A DNA stretch of 64,000 nucleotides from Octopus vulgaris (GCA_951406725.2 OX597818.1:7316001-7380000), one strand, 5' to 3'. Positions 32,601 to 46,543 are shown, counted from the stretch's first letter. Notes: a model not told the origin generated them from the sequence alone. Numbers and translations are program-made.

Positions 32601-32891
32601 AGGTATGCATGTGCGTATGTATTTATCTATCTCTATATAACTCTCTATCAATCTATCTGTCTATCAAGCTATGTAGCTTAACTATATTTCTCTGTCCAGC
32701 CCCTCATACACACACACATTACACGCACAAACATATGCATACTAACACATACACATACTAACACATATACATGTTGACATTCACACACATACACACACAC
32801 AGACGCATACACATAGGAGCACACCCATAGAACCATGTTTATAAATTGATTTTTATTGCCCTTATTGTATACCTCTTTCTGTCTCTATATG

Positions 32892-33019
<128 letters not shown>

Positions 33020-33280
33020 GTACGTTTAAATATTTGTTGTGCAAGATTTTTTATTACAGGCATCCCCCCCACAAACACACTAAATAAACATAGACGCACA
33101 TAGAGATATAATCATGCGCAAATGAAGACATACAATAGAAATACAAAATGGCTGACGGTTAGTAAGGAGAGACACAAATAAGTAAGAAGAAAACAAAGGA
33201 CCACTGATGTGGTCAGAGGAGTGTGACGAAAGAACTCTGGCCTAAATAAGATTAAGATTAATGTAAAAAATAAATAACAC

Positions 33281-34281
33281 TGAAGCAAAATACGTGCGAG
33301 CAGTGGCGAGCCTCAAGGTTCAGTGCTTGGGCCCTTGTTGTTCTTAGTCTTCATAAATGACTTGCCCGACGACCTCACGCAACACACCCTTCTATTTGCC
33401 GACGATATCAAACTGGTCGCTCCTCGCGGTAATATAGAGGATCTTCGTCGATGCCTCCACCAAATTTGGAAGTGGTCTAACGATTGGGACCTATGTCTGA
33501 ACGTGTCAAAGTGCTGTCATCTGCCTGTCGGCTCTACTCCTGCAACTCAACTTGATTTCGAGCCGGGTCGTCTGCTGCTGGAGAGGACCGATCAGGTAAA
33601 GGACCTAGGTATCTTGGTGGATTCCTCCTTTTCGCCTTCGGCCCAGTGCGTCCATGCTGCCAACAAAGCACGCGGAATTCTGTTCTTGATTCGACGGTCA
33701 TTCGGAATGCTCACAGCAGCCATATTCCAACCACTCTATGTCACGCTGGTGAGACCCATATTGGAGTATGGGATTCAAGCCTCTTCTCCTTATCTCCTCA
33801 AAGACATATAGCATCTCGAAAGAGTCCAGAAGCTGGCTACCCGCATGGTTCATGGTCTCAAAAATCTGTCCTACGAAGAAAGGCTGAGGACGCTCGACCT
33901 TTATTCTCTTGAAAAACGCCGCCGCCGTAGTGATCTCATTCTCGCCCACAACATCATAAGCGGAAAGTGTAACCTCTCGAAAGAGCTGTTCTTCACTCCT
34001 GCTCCAGAGTGTCGGCTGCGGGGTCATTCCGAAAAGCTCTACCTGCGACGATTTCATCTCAATCGAAGGAGAGGAGCTTTCTCCGTCCGGGTTGCGGATC
34101 CGTGGAACAAGCTGCCAGACGAGATGGTGAAGATGCCGACGACCGCTTTGTTCAAAGCCTCCCTGGACCTCAAGTGGCCTGAACTCTTTACATGAACACC
34201 ACCCTGTACTTAACTCCACGTCCCCCTACATGGCCTTGCTATTTGCTTTTGAGCCAAATTAACTAACTAACTAACTAACTA
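33281..34281 (+). mobile_element. 5'-truncated CR1/L2-type LINE (RT C-terminal half), young copy
   Basis: GEPQGSVLGPLLFLVFINDL, LFADDIKL, VKDLGI, YVTLVRPILEY, LERVQKLATR, RLRGH, FSVRVADPWNKLP. One in-frame TAG at 33809-33811. (ACTA)n tail; candidate TSD aaataacac at 33272-33280 / 34282-34290. Confidence 0.92.
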
Positions 34282-34354
34282 AAATAACACCAAATATATA
34301 GTGCGTGTGTTTTTATTGGCTAAACTGGCAATATGACCATTCCGAAATATAACA

Positions 34355-34385
<31 letters not shown>

Positions 34386-34394
34386 TATATTATA

Positions 34395-36020
34395 CATCGT
34401 TAAGTATATTTGCCACCTAAATGTGGCTAACCCTCAACGTTAGCCCCATTTAGACATCCAATCCAGCTGGCTATTGACACTTGCGCAAGAAATAATCCAG
34501 TCTGGTTTTTACATTTCATGTCATTTACATCTGCTGCTGTAGCTGTGTAATCCTATCCCGGACAAACACTCCCTCTGGTAGGTGACGCAGATGTAGCGAA
34601 AACGTTGCCTTTCCATTTCTCCTCTCTCTGTCACGCCTTTGTTTTCCCTCTTCTGTGGTGTGTCGCCAATCTCCACGGTTGCTGGCAACCGCTCCCCAGT
34701 TGCTAATACTGATGTCACAGGCTTTCATGTCCCTTGGGACAAGATTCTGCCATTTGATGCCAAGTATTTTGCGGAGGCAGCGCAGGTGAAATATACTTAG
34801 ACGACGCTCCTGGCGTGTGTATGGCGTCCAGGTTTCACTGCCATACAATAGAGTGCTAAGTACGCATGCCTGGTAAGTCTTCATTTGTTAACTCTTGATC
34901 AGCTTGTTGTTGTCCCATGCCCGTTTGGAGATTTGGACCATCCCAGCAGCTGGCTTGCCAATGCGTATATTGAGCTCGGCATCAAGGGATAGGTTGTAGG
35001 TGACGGTAGTGTCAAGACAGGTAAACTTCTCCCCCTCCTGTAGTCTATGGTTTCCAATATGTATGTTTGGGATGCCCGATGTAACCTGACTCATGATGTT
35101 AGTGTTCTTGAGGCTGATATCTAAGCCAAAGTCTCTAAATTCCTGCTCAAAGCATTTGATGAACCTTTACAAGGCTTATTCTGAGTGTGATACCAGAACA
35201 GCATCATCAGCGAAGAGCATCTCCTTGATCAAGACGCTTCTGATTTTGGTCTTGGCACGCAGATGCGACAGATTGAACGGTTTCCCACCACTTATATTGT
35301 GCAGAAACGCTCCATCATCTGATGTCTCAAAGTCATGTGATAGCAGCAGCGATAAAATGCCAAATAACGTCAAAACACAGCCTTGTTTTACCCCCTTCTT
35401 TATTTGGAAGGCGGCTGATTTTGAACCATTGTGCTGTATGGTTCCTTGCATATCATCATGGAAAGATTCAATGATCCTCAGCAGCTTTGGTGGACATACG
35501 GTTTTCTGAAGCAGGATGAAGATGCCTTTTCTACTGACCAAGTCAAAGGTCTTAGTCAGATCAATGAAGTCCGCTTATAACGGCATTTTTTGCTCTCTGG
35601 ACTTCTCCTGAAGTTGGCTTATGGAGATATAATGTCAATAGTTGATCTGATTCTTCTAAAGCCACACTGCGATTCTGGATAAATTCGAGAAGTAAGCAGT
35701 CGTAGCCTGGACAGGGTTACGCGGGCAAAGGGCCTTTCCAACAGTGCTGAGAAGAGATATTCCACGGTAATTGTTGCAATCACTAACTCACCTTTGTTTT
35801 TGTAAAGCGTAATGATGTTAGCATCGCACATATCCTGAGGGATGATACCCTCTTCCCAGCATTGACACAGAAGCTCAAGAAGGTGCTGAAGCAGGGCGGT
35901 GTTTTTGCCGGCTTTGATGATGTCTGAGGGGATGCCGTCTTTTCCCGGTAGTCAATAGCCTTTGTGAGCTCTGCTACGGACGTAGCAGAGTTCGTAGATG
36001 GCTGGCGTGATCTTGACACC
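34395..36020 (-). mobile_element. RTE (BovB-like) LINE, 5'-truncated and frameshifted
   Basis: DANIITLYKNKG, PESQCGFR, DLTKTFDLVSR, GVKQGCVL, MLFADDAVL, LLYGSETWT, and a C-terminal C-x2-(C)..RECLSGIGLHSY finger remnant. Confidence 0.9.
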
Positions 36021-37329
36021 CTCTCTCGCGCACTTCGTCTCTATTCTCTATCTCTCTCTCACACACACACGTCTATTTCATAGCATGTACATCATTCACT
36101 TTCTCCTCTCTTTTACTTTCTTCTCTGATTTCTAAGCAAATGTCGTTTTTTTCACTTTAACCTCTCTTTCAATTTCTGCTCTTTTCAAAGCATAAATAAA
36201 TAAAAGAATTTTACAGGAATTATCGAACCATCCTATGATCCCTTATATGTCGTGTTGCCAACTTTGCTTCTTCAAACGAAAGAATGCCATAAAATAATTT
36301 TCTTCCACACACATACACACATGCCCACACACGCACATACAAACACTCTAGGTAAAACTTCCGTCCGAACTATGTTATTTCTTACAGAGTGTAAGAATTA
36401 CTGAGTGAATTATGTTATTTCTTTCAGAGCAAATTTAAAGATCACATCCAATTAAAATGATCTTTTACTTTTTTGTAATGTTATGAGCGTATTTAAAATC
36501 CTGATCTTCGATATAAACTTAAAAGAAAATTTTACCAGAAATCTTGTCCTTTATCTCTTCTCTCTAGCATGTCCGAGGTGACATTTCCGCTCCATAGGCT
36601 TATTTCTTTCCTAAATTTCTTCCGACTCCTATACTTGCGATACTGGACATTAGCATTTCACTGCACAAAACACGTGCTCAATATTTTAATTATCTCCTTC
36701 TCCAAACCAAATTCATTTTTTACTTTTTTCAAATATACTTTCTTGGTAATCTATGGAGAAAAACAGAGAGTACGAATCTTAAAGAATTTTATCCCTCACC
36801 TCACCACTTTCAAAAAACTACACACTTCCAATGTCTCACTTTAAACTTTTTTGAAAGCGAGGAAGTTTACCTGTTATTTCTAGCGTGTCAGGTTTTCTGG
36901 TGGTGGTCTAGTATCTTTTAAGTTTGCTATTTCAGCAGAATTCTATGCATGCGGTAAATATCAGACAAAAGTGAAAGCGAGTAGGTGATGGGTGGGTGAG
37001 GTAGGGGAAGGGGTATTGAGTGTTTCTTTAAGAAAAATTAAACTATAAAAGATACATGTATTTCCTAGATTTGTTATCTCTGTATTTTTCTACATAGATA
37101 AAAAAGAAAAAAAAGGTTACAAATTAAGAAATTGCGGTGAGGATGGGGGAGGGGGTAATTATAATTTTGAAAACGTGATTTCTAGACAAAATCGTATTAA
37201 CCCCCTATTATGCGATGAAACAATACATGTGATCATTCTTAAGAACAGAAAACACTCATGCAAATCGTAACATCCCCTTCACTTTTAAACAAACAAAAAC
37301 TTCCATTATGCCGATTCTGCCCATATGAA

Positions 37330-37380
37330 AGGAGAAAGTAATACAATGTGCCTCGGGCAACGCCGGGATGCATTTCTAAG
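37330..37380 (+). mobile_element. Helitron-type 3' terminus (second copy, opposite strand)
   Basis: ctcgggcaacgccggg...ttctaag mirrors the 3' end of the minus-strand Helitron at 37394-37421. Confidence 0.55.
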
Positions 37381-37393
37381 ATATATGTATATA

Positions 37394-38420
37394 CTAGCAG
37401 CATAGCCCGGCGTTGCCCTGGTATGTAAGAAACTTTGTTGATAAGCAATGCCCTTTACCTTTTTACCCTTTTTTGTACTCATTGAACCGTTATTTTGTAA
37501 AATGAAGCCTAAAAGGCATTAAGGCATTCAAGGCACCGTTCCCTTGCATGCCTGACTACGGCCCAGCATTGCTCGGATTTGAAGCAAAAGGAAAACATAT
37601 GTCATTTCTAGTAACCTTATGATTAAAGCGGCAAAAATCGACTAAATTGCCTGAAATCCGCCAGCTATTTAACAAAAGTCAGTTTTGTAAGGTTCGCATG
37701 GTCGGTCTCAAAGTGATATGGTTTTGTCGATTTCTCCCAATACTTGTTAACTGCATTGACAAAAGGTCATTAGTTTGATATTTAATGCAAACTTGATGTC
37801 CAAAATCGGTGTAGGGAAAATCTATGTGAACTTTCAAAAAATATCGCAGAAAAATCGGTTTGCTATGTGTGCCACATATGATGTAATTAACCGATTTTTT
37901 CCAGTAATAACGAATACTATTGGAATCAAAAGGGCCATATAGCTCCTTGGAGCAGACATGATGCTCGCTGTGAATTTCAAAAAAAATTCCTGCCAATTTG
38001 TTAAAGATATTATCGAAAATATGTCATCTTGAATTTGAACGCGATTTCCCAAAATGGCATGATTTTATCGATTTCTTCTGATGGTAAGATATTGCATGGA
38101 AAACTAGCGTCAGAATTACGTTCCTTAGGGAAACATTAAGCTTCACCATGTGTTTGGTGAAAATCGATTGCAAGTTGCGAAAACTACAACGGAAAATGTG
38201 TTGCATGTGATAAGCTTAGATTCTCGACCCATGTCGAATTTACCAATTTTTTTCAGAACTGGGAGAACATTTCAAAATTTTTGCTGCGTTAGTTTTGAAT
38301 TATAACATTGGGCTATGTGTGTGTCAAGTTTCATCAGAATCGGTTGAAAGCCGTGGTCAGGGTGAGGGTACAACCTGACATACACACAGACAGACAAACT
38401 GCCTTTTATATATATAGAGA
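37394..38420 (-). mobile_element. Non-autonomous Helitron
   Basis: Minus strand: A|TCTCTATATATATAAAAGGC-(TGTC)n at the 5' end, and GC-rich subterminal gggcaacgccgggc...CTAG|T at the 3' end. A^T insertion with no TSD. Confidence 0.8.
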
Positions 38421-38456
38421 TATATGTATGTATGTATATGTGTATGTATATATGTA

Positions 38457-38506
<50 letters not shown>

Positions 38507-38508
38507 AA

Positions 38509-38550
<42 letters not shown>

Positions 38551-38579
38551 TATGTATATATATTATATATATATATATA

Positions 38580-38870
38580 AGGTTAATCCAAACACGAAAA
38601 CAAAAAGACAACGACGCGAGGATGTGGAACAAATAAAGTATTATTGGGCGCTCAGGAAAGAAGGGAAGAAGGAGGGTATGACGTTTCGAGCGGAGCTCTT
38701 CGTCGGAAACATAGGAGAAAGAAAGATCCCGAGGTGGGAGGACAGAGGGAAAAACATGCAAGTGGTCTTCACGAGGTCACATACTGAAAAGGCGGAAGGG
38801 GTAAACAAGAAGGAGCAGGTTTTCAAAAACAGGAGAGCGGAATCAAAGAAGGAATGGTAAACAACGGTGT
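38580..38870 (-). mobile_element. Family E Penelope-pLTR-like fragment with minimal hammerhead-like motif (38676-38710)
   Basis: rc gttt-CCGACGA-A-GAGC tcc GCTC-GAAA-CG-TC-atac. Homologous to 40500-40650 and 46620-46800; abuts (TA)n. Confidence 0.6.
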
Positions 38871-38999
38871 GCGAGATGATAAGGGTGTGTGTGATTGTGT
38901 GCGTGTGTGTGTATGTGTGTATATGGTGGGCGAAGGCTAGTGGCAAGCAGCAGTAGCGAGTCAGGAAGGCAGTCAGGAAGGCAGGTCAGAAAACAGGGA

Positions 39000-40110
39000 G
39001 GAATGTGTGTGTGCGTGTATATGTCTCGTGTGTGTGTTTTGTTGTAGTAGGTGTCTGTGTACGTGTGCGTTTTTTGGTGTGTATGGCGAGTAATTGTGCT
39101 TAACTAAGTGTATGTGTGTGTGTGTGTGCTTATATGTGCGTATATGTATAATTGTGTGCATGTATGTATATGTGCGTGCGTATGTGTGCTCATGTTTTGG
39201 TGTGCGTATGTATGTGTGTGTCTGTGCTTATATGTGTGTACGTATGTGCATGTGTGCGTGCGCGTGGAGGTATATGTTGTGTGTATGTATATGTGTCGGT
39301 GTGTATGTGAATTCGTGTGTGTTTGTACGTGTGTAAGTGTGTGTGCGTGTATTGTATATATATATATAAATGTGTGTGTGTAAGTGCGTGGGAGTAAATG
39401 TATGTATGTATGTGCGTCTGTGTACAAAATGTAGGGGTATTATTTGTGTGTTTATATGTTTATATGTGTGTATATATATGCATGCAAGGACACACTTCGC
39501 AACTGAAGGGATGATGGAAAAAACTCCTGCGGTGATAGGCGCAAGAGAAACCCCAGGCACAATGCGCCTGCCCAGAGACGAACCCGAGATAAAGCCAGAA
39601 CCCACAGGCATGCGTGCATGCATGTATGTATGTGAGCGCGCGCGCATGCATGTGTGTGCGCGTGCATGCGAGAGTGTGTGTAGGTATGTGTGTGTGTATG
39701 TATGTATGTGTGAGTGTGTATGTGTGTATGTCTGCGTGTATGTGTGTACGTATGAGTGTATGTAAGTATGTGTGTGTGTATATGTGTATGTGTATGTGTG
39801 TATGTATGTATGTATGTATGTGTGTGTGTATGTGTGTGTGTGTGTGTATGTATGTGTGTATGTGTGGAAGTGTGTGTGTGTATGTATGTATGTATGTATG
39901 TGTGTGTGTATGTATGTATGTATGTGTGCATGCGTGTGTGTGTGTGTGTATGTATGTATGCATGCGTGTATGTGTGTATGTGTGTGTATGTATGCATGTA
40001 TGCATGCATGTGCGTATGTATGTGTGTGTGTGTGTGCATGTGTGTATGTATATGTGTATGTGCGTATATGTGTGTGTATGTGTGTGTATGTATGTATGTG
40101 TGTATGTGAG
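39000..40110. repeat. Long degenerate (GT)/(ATGT) simple-repeat field
   Basis: Directly visible; interrupted by a unique island at about 39484-39610. Confidence 0.9.
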
Positions 40111-40338
40111 CCGCAAGGGCCTTCATTTTTGGAATCTCCACTTATAGAAAATGGAAAAAAAACGGTCTTTGACTGCCATTTCTAATTTCTTCGGTATGAG
40201 GCGAAACAGCCTGCTGCTAGCCATCTTATTTACTTTACTATATACTGAACCTTACAAAGGTCCTGACAATTAATTTGTCGTATTTACATACCGAAATTTA
40301 CCGGTAAATAATTGTTGGTTATTTACCATTTTTATTGC

Positions 40339-40424
<86 letters not shown>

Positions 40425-40499
40425 TGTATGTATGTATGTATGTATGTATGTATGTATGTATAAATATATTACTATGTAGCTATCAATTCAGATGCGCTT

Positions 40500-40650
40500 T
40501 GTTTTCATTCTACGTTTCCTGTTTCTTTTCTTTTTGCTTTTCTGTTGAAGAGCATAGGCTGGAAACGTCAACGACTTTTCAATTTTTCCTGAACGTCCAA
40601 CTAATACACCTTTGTTGTTGTACCATGAGCTGCCTCTGTCTTTTGCTTTC
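40500..40650 (+). mobile_element. Family E fragment with hammerhead-like motif (40537-40574)
   Basis: ttt-CTGTTGA-A-GAGC atag GCTG-GAAA-CG-TC-aa; colinear with the rc of 46620-46800. Confidence 0.55.
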
Positions 40651-40674
40651 TATACATTTAAATTTAGTGCAGAA

Positions 40675-40840
40675 GTGTGCCGCAGCTGTGTAGCAGGAAG
40701 CTTGCCTCTCAGCGAAATGGTTCCGGGCTCAGATCTACTGCATGGCACGTTTTCCAATGTCTTGTACCATAGTCACGGCCCGGCAAAGGCTTTGCAAGTG
40801 GAGTAAGAAGGGAGTAACACACATATATGTGTGTGTATGT

Positions 40841-40893
<53 letters not shown>

Positions 40894-41065
40894 TGAGTGT
40901 GTTTGTATGTCTATTTCCTTCTACCACCTGACAGACGGTGGTAGTGTCTTTACGACCAACGTAACTTAGCGGTTCAGCAAAAGTAACTGATATAAGTATG
41001 AGATTTAAAAAACAAGCTCTGAGGTTGACCTGTTCGACTAAAAACCTAGATGTAGTGCCCCACCA
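40675..41065 (+). mobile_element. SINE family B
   Basis: gctgtgtagcaggaagcttgc...ggttccgggctcag head, internal (GT)n, aacttagcggttcagcaaaag body. Confidence 0.8.
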
Positions 41066-41084
41066 ATATATATTATTTTATAAG

Positions 41085-41470
41085 TAGGCGAAACTTTAGC
41101 ACGCCGGGCAAAATGCTTAGCGGTATTTCGTCTGCCGTTACATTCTGAGTTCAAATTCCACCGAGGTCGACTTTGCTTTTCATCCTTTCGGGGTTGATTA
41201 AATAAGTACCAGTTACGCACTGGGGTCTATATAATCGACTTAATCCGTTTGTCTGTCCTTGTTTATCCTCTCTGTGTTTAGCGCCTTGTGGGTAGTAAAG
41301 AAATATGTATTTCGTCTGTATTTATGTTCTGAGTTGAAATTCCGCCGAGGTCGACTTTGCCTTTCATCCTTTCGGGGTCGATAAATTAGGTACCTGTTTC
41401 GTACTGGAGTCGGTCTAATAATTTGCCCTTTTCTCCAACATTTCGTTCCTTGTGCCTAGAGTACAAAGAA
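41085..41470 (+). mobile_element. Two tandem SINE family C copies (about 41085-41305 and 41306-41470)
   Basis: gtatttcgtctg...ttctgagtt.aaattcc.ccgaggtcgactttgc.tttcatcctttcgggg occurs twice, with different 3' tails. Confidence 0.9.
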
Positions 41471-41474
41471 TATA

Positions 41475-41942
41475 TATTCTTTTATTCTTTTACTTGTTTC
41501 AGTCATTTAACTGCGGTCACGTACCGCCTTTAGTCGAACAAATAGAGTCCAAGACTTATTCTTTGTAAGCCTAGTACTTATTTTTGTATCGGTCTCTTTC
41601 GCCGAACCGTCGTGTTACGTGGACATAAAAACACCAACATCGGTTTTTCAAACGATCATGTGGGACAAACACAGACACACAAATATATACATATACATAC
41701 ATATATATATATATATAATATATATATATATATATACATATATGTATACATATATGTATATATATGTATATATATATATTCATATGTACGACGGGCTTCT
41801 TTCAGTTTCCATATAGGAAATTATCTCTGAATGTTTCGGTCGGCCCGAGGCTACAGTAGAAGTCTTTTGCTCAAGTTGCACCGCTGTGGTATTGAATCCG
41901 GAACCCATGTGGTTGGGAAACAAAATTCTTACCACAGTGACA
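41475..41942 (-). mobile_element. SINE family B, full copy
   Basis: rc: ctgtggtaagaa...cccaaccacatgggttccggattcaa head, internal (TA)n, tail gactgaaacaagtaaaagaataaaagaata. Confidence 0.88.
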
Positions 41943-42610
41943 TAAACACATATACTCACACACATGCACACTCTATCTCACTCTCTCTCTCACACACAAA
42001 CGCATATACATGCCTATCTACACTTCCATCGACTACTTATCAATTTATATTTTCTTCAATCTTGTTCAGTTCTTTCTCCGTTTTATCCCTACCGTGTTTC
42101 TTATTCCTCAAATAAACGTCACTTTCTCATCTGTTTTGACAATATTTGTGAGATATTGAGCTAACCTATAAAAACGTCGAAATGGTGCAAACTAAATATA
42201 TATTCCTCCCTTATCAAACCCTGTACTTAAAGTACAAACATAGAAATTACATGTCTACTTTAAAGGAAGATCATAATTATAATCACATCATGAGGCGACT
42301 GCGATTTTGAAATGATGTAATAAACTGTTGACAATTCAGAAGCTCACCAGTACTGCCAAAGTAGTAACAGGCGATTAGGAAATATTGCTTATTAGTTATT
42401 TTCCTTTTATGGAAGTTACGAATGAAAAAAATTTTCCCGTAGACGTTTAGATGTCAGTATTTCCTTTGGCATGCAAATCATTGCTATTTCTGCAAAAAAC
42501 ATTTATGAGCTACAGAGCATTACATACATACATACATACATATATATATATACATGTTTGTATGTATCTGTATGTGTGTATATATACGTATATAAGTATA
42601 TATGTATATA

Positions 42611-42647
<37 letters not shown>

Positions 42648-42693
42648 GAACATATATATCTCTTTATATATATATATGAATATATACATATAT

Positions 42694-42760
<67 letters not shown>

Positions 42761-43559
42761 ATAAGCGTACTTTGTACATATATTCATACACGCACCTACA
42801 TATATTGTTCTATGACAACGTATATTGTTACGGTCAGAAATAAGGGGCGAAAAACTGTTTAATTATATGTATACATACATAGGTAATCCAGCAGACAGAA
42901 GCAACGTAATGGCCACTCACCTCAATGAAACACTAGAAATGATAAAACATATGAACCTTGTGTATGCATTACCGCAATCTTACGCCAGCAGCAAAAAAAA
43001 CAAAAAAAAACAAAAACAAAGGAAGACACACATTCACAGGAAATTGTATATATATATATGTTTTTGTATGTATGTATGCATATATTTTTTTACGGTTCAA
43101 CAACGCTTCCAATTGTTCAAATGTGCTACACGTAATCTTTGGTAGTTTTGTTAACCCACAAATATAGAATGTTCATCTAACCATGCGGTTTTGAGCACCC
43201 ATTTCCACTGTTCGATATTATCATGTATACATACATACAAACATCCACACATACATTTGATATGCCTACAAAGACAGATGGAGAGATATGTGTGTGTCTG
43301 TATGCATGCCGGTATGATTTTGTCTGAGAACTAGTTTATTCGTTACTTTCTGAAAAGATAATATATTAATATTTACGGTTGATGGATTGTAGTTGATTAG
43401 AAACATCATTTTCTTATTGATGTTTCCTTTATAGACTGCTGATAGCATGTCACGTATATCCTCGAGTCATATATGGGAATAACCATTTTTTTTTTTATTT
43501 GATAGATGTTGTTAGCGTGTTGAATATTAACACAATTTTGCATTGCACAACTGAGAAAG

Positions 43560-44720
43560 ACACCATATATTTCTATTACAAAGTAACGTTTGCAGTTTTT
43601 ACTAACAATATCAGTATCTTTTTGGTTATGAATTTTTACTGAAAATCCACATGGTGTGTAATTTTTGATAACTTTGGAGCTAGCTGCTTAATCAATTATT
43701 GTAAAAAGGGGATGATGAGCTTTCATTGGAATTAACTGTCAGAAATACACCATTTATTTAACGATTGCCACTTACTGTATAATCTAAGTGTATGAAGTTC
43801 AGTTTTGAGAAAACGCGTGGCAGACACATCGCCTAAACCCTACAAGTTTTTAGCTTGTAGACTCAATGCATCAGCGACTTTTACACAAACACCTAGCTTC
43901 TTTGATGGATTAGAACATGATATTTTCTTCCCTTTTTTTTCAACTAGATGGCGGTATATAAACGGTTTTTATGCTGCTTTTCTCCCGTTTTCTGAAACCA
44001 GTTTGTATTTTATAAACTGGCGAAGCAATCCATTATACAATAAAATAAAATGAAAACTTACGGCTTTGTGTGTGATGGATTACTTCACAACCAGTTAAGC
44101 CGCTACAATAAATAGTTTACCGAAAGTTTGTGACTTTTCTTTCATAAGATAATTTTCATTTCATATTCAGAAATGTAGCAGCCTTCATGACTGGTGAAGA
44201 ATTTTCCCCAGGCTTGAATGCTTACAACATACTGGATATCATTAAATACATTAAGGGCCGTCTAATACTGTTAAAATGGGAGTAGTATTAAGTCTTCCAA
44301 CAAATATCAGATAGATTCCATCAATAGGGCATTGATACAAATTCCGCTTGCCGACAAAGTAGATTTGGGCTGTCTCAATGATAATAAAAGAAACTCTTTC
44401 ACAGATTGCTGGGCTATGAAGTCAAAACTGAATCCTCGTGATTGCAGCATGAATGTCACTGCGCTTACTGTGTCCGTAACTTCTTCTGTAAAGTTGCAAC
44501 GTCTTACAAATGCTTTATTCAATGTTCAGAATACCGGAAAGTCACGAACAGCATGGCTCCATATATAGTCATACAGACAATGCAAATCCAAAGGTACAAT
44601 GCTTAGGATCCCATGAAATAGAATTCACATTCAAATCTAAGGTCGTTGGTAAGGCAATGTTGTCAAGAAGTTTGTTTCGAATCCATGTATTTTCAGGACC
44701 TATTCATAGAAGTATGAATA
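43560..44720 (+). mobile_element. Degraded hAT (ZMYM1-like) transposase C-terminal remnant
   Basis: QFLLTI..W..EFLLKIHMVCNF resembles FLL..WxEILxxINxVSK. ALTVSVTSSVKLQRL resembles the hAT dimerisation motif LTIPVTxAxxERSFS. Heavily mutated. Confidence 0.35.
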
Positions 44721-46314
44721 AATTACTTCTTCTATAGTCTTAGCTCAACAATGACTCCTTCAGTTATACAATTTAATTTGTAAAATTAATGTTTGTAATC
44801 GGAAACTGTGAGAAAAGTTGTTGATAGATGTTCTTGTCTTAGAGGATAGACTTAATTTTACTATTGTTTTAACAAATTTTGTGCATATGTTACCTAATTA
44901 CAAGTGTTTGAGTTAAATTACCCAACGCACAATCAATTCACCCCTTTTACCCACTAGTCTTTCAAACATAGAAAAAGGTTATGCAATGCAGCTCTCTAAC
45001 TTCAAACCTATTGCTAAGTGTCATTCACACTAAAATTTATTTTCTACCTTTCATTGACCTGTATTTACTTCTTAACTTTTAAAGCAAATATATTTTGATA
45101 AGGGGATTTTACTTTATAATGGTTGAAACTGTCATCCTAAATTTAGTTATGACGAAATAAGAGTGGAAAGAAACTGTAATGTGAATTTATACTAGTAGCG
45201 GCGCTACACTGAAGCAGTGGAAAATATAACAAATTCATAAATTTCCGGGCTTACTGCTCTTTATTTCACGTTGAATTAGTCCACAGAACTGTTAAGGATA
45301 TTTGCTAGATCATCTGCAAATGATTATGATTACATTGTGGAATTTATCTCAAATCGAAGTTTGGAAACACTATTGGTTATATGTACATGGTAGCTCGTTT
45401 TGCTAGAAAAAGAAGGCAGTGCTAATCCTGTTACTCCTTAACACATTAACACAGCAGATATGACATTATATTCCTATCTCAAAAGGTGAACATATACATA
45501 CTATATCCACCTATGACACAAATTCTTTCAAGAGTAACGATTAATGAAACTGAGACATTCACAATACAACCATGGTAATACTATGCATAACACCCGCTGC
45601 AAACAGCCAAACAAAAATGGATTAGAAACGAAATACACATTGTTTTAATCTGGCAATTATAGATGTACATTATAAGTTACGTGTTAAAAAGAAACCCTGA
45701 ATATAAATGATAAATATTTCTACCATAACACCAAACAACACAAATTATTTCGACAATGTTGAAGTTCAGTATATATACTGTTGTAAATTTTTCCAGTCAT
45801 GCAGCATCCAGTGTAATTCTTAAGAAAGCAATACACAATTGCAAATGTGCAAACTGATCAGCTGGAAAGAACGGATCTAGTTTACTTCATACGTGATATT
45901 GAGATTTATTAACTGTCATTGCGAAAGACACTTGAACTTGGACCTTTAATCGTGTAATGGTGAAAGGCAGATTTGTGTCAGAAGGTCTCAGATTAATTCT
46001 TGGCATAATGACATGCTTTCCTTTCTGTAACAATGTGGTTCTCAATCACGCGTCCGGGTAAATAACTTATGTGAAATAGTTTTCCATTTGAAAATCCATT
46101 AGTCCTATTCAAAATATTATCACGTTCTATTACATCTTCATAGTCAAAGGATGGCAAGTGTGGAGGTTTGAAAAGTGAGACACTTCATAGATTTGATTCG
46201 TATTAAGAAAATCAAAACTTTTGTATAAAACATGAAGAATTAACATACAAAATTGACACAAATTTTCAAAATACAGCAAGCTACAAAAAAAAAACAACAA
46301 AATCATTAACAGAT

Positions 46315-46480
46315 GCAGGCGTAGCTGTGTGGGATACGAGGTTTGCTTCCTAGACACATGCTTTCGGGTTCAGTCACATTGTGTGACACATTACTAAGGT
46401 GTCTTCTGGTAAACCCCGGAGAGATTAAAACATTATGAGTGGATTTGGTAGCAGAAAACTGAAAGCAGCCTGTCGCATAT
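46315..46480 (+). mobile_element. SINE family B, head
   Basis: gcaggcgtagctgtgtgg...gggttcagtc...gtgtcttct...gagtggatttggtag..gaaaactgaaagcagcc. Confidence 0.8.
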
Positions 46481-46543
46481 GCGCGCGCGCGTGCGTGTGT
46501 GTGTGTGTGTGATTATAAAAAGATACATACATATATACATACA

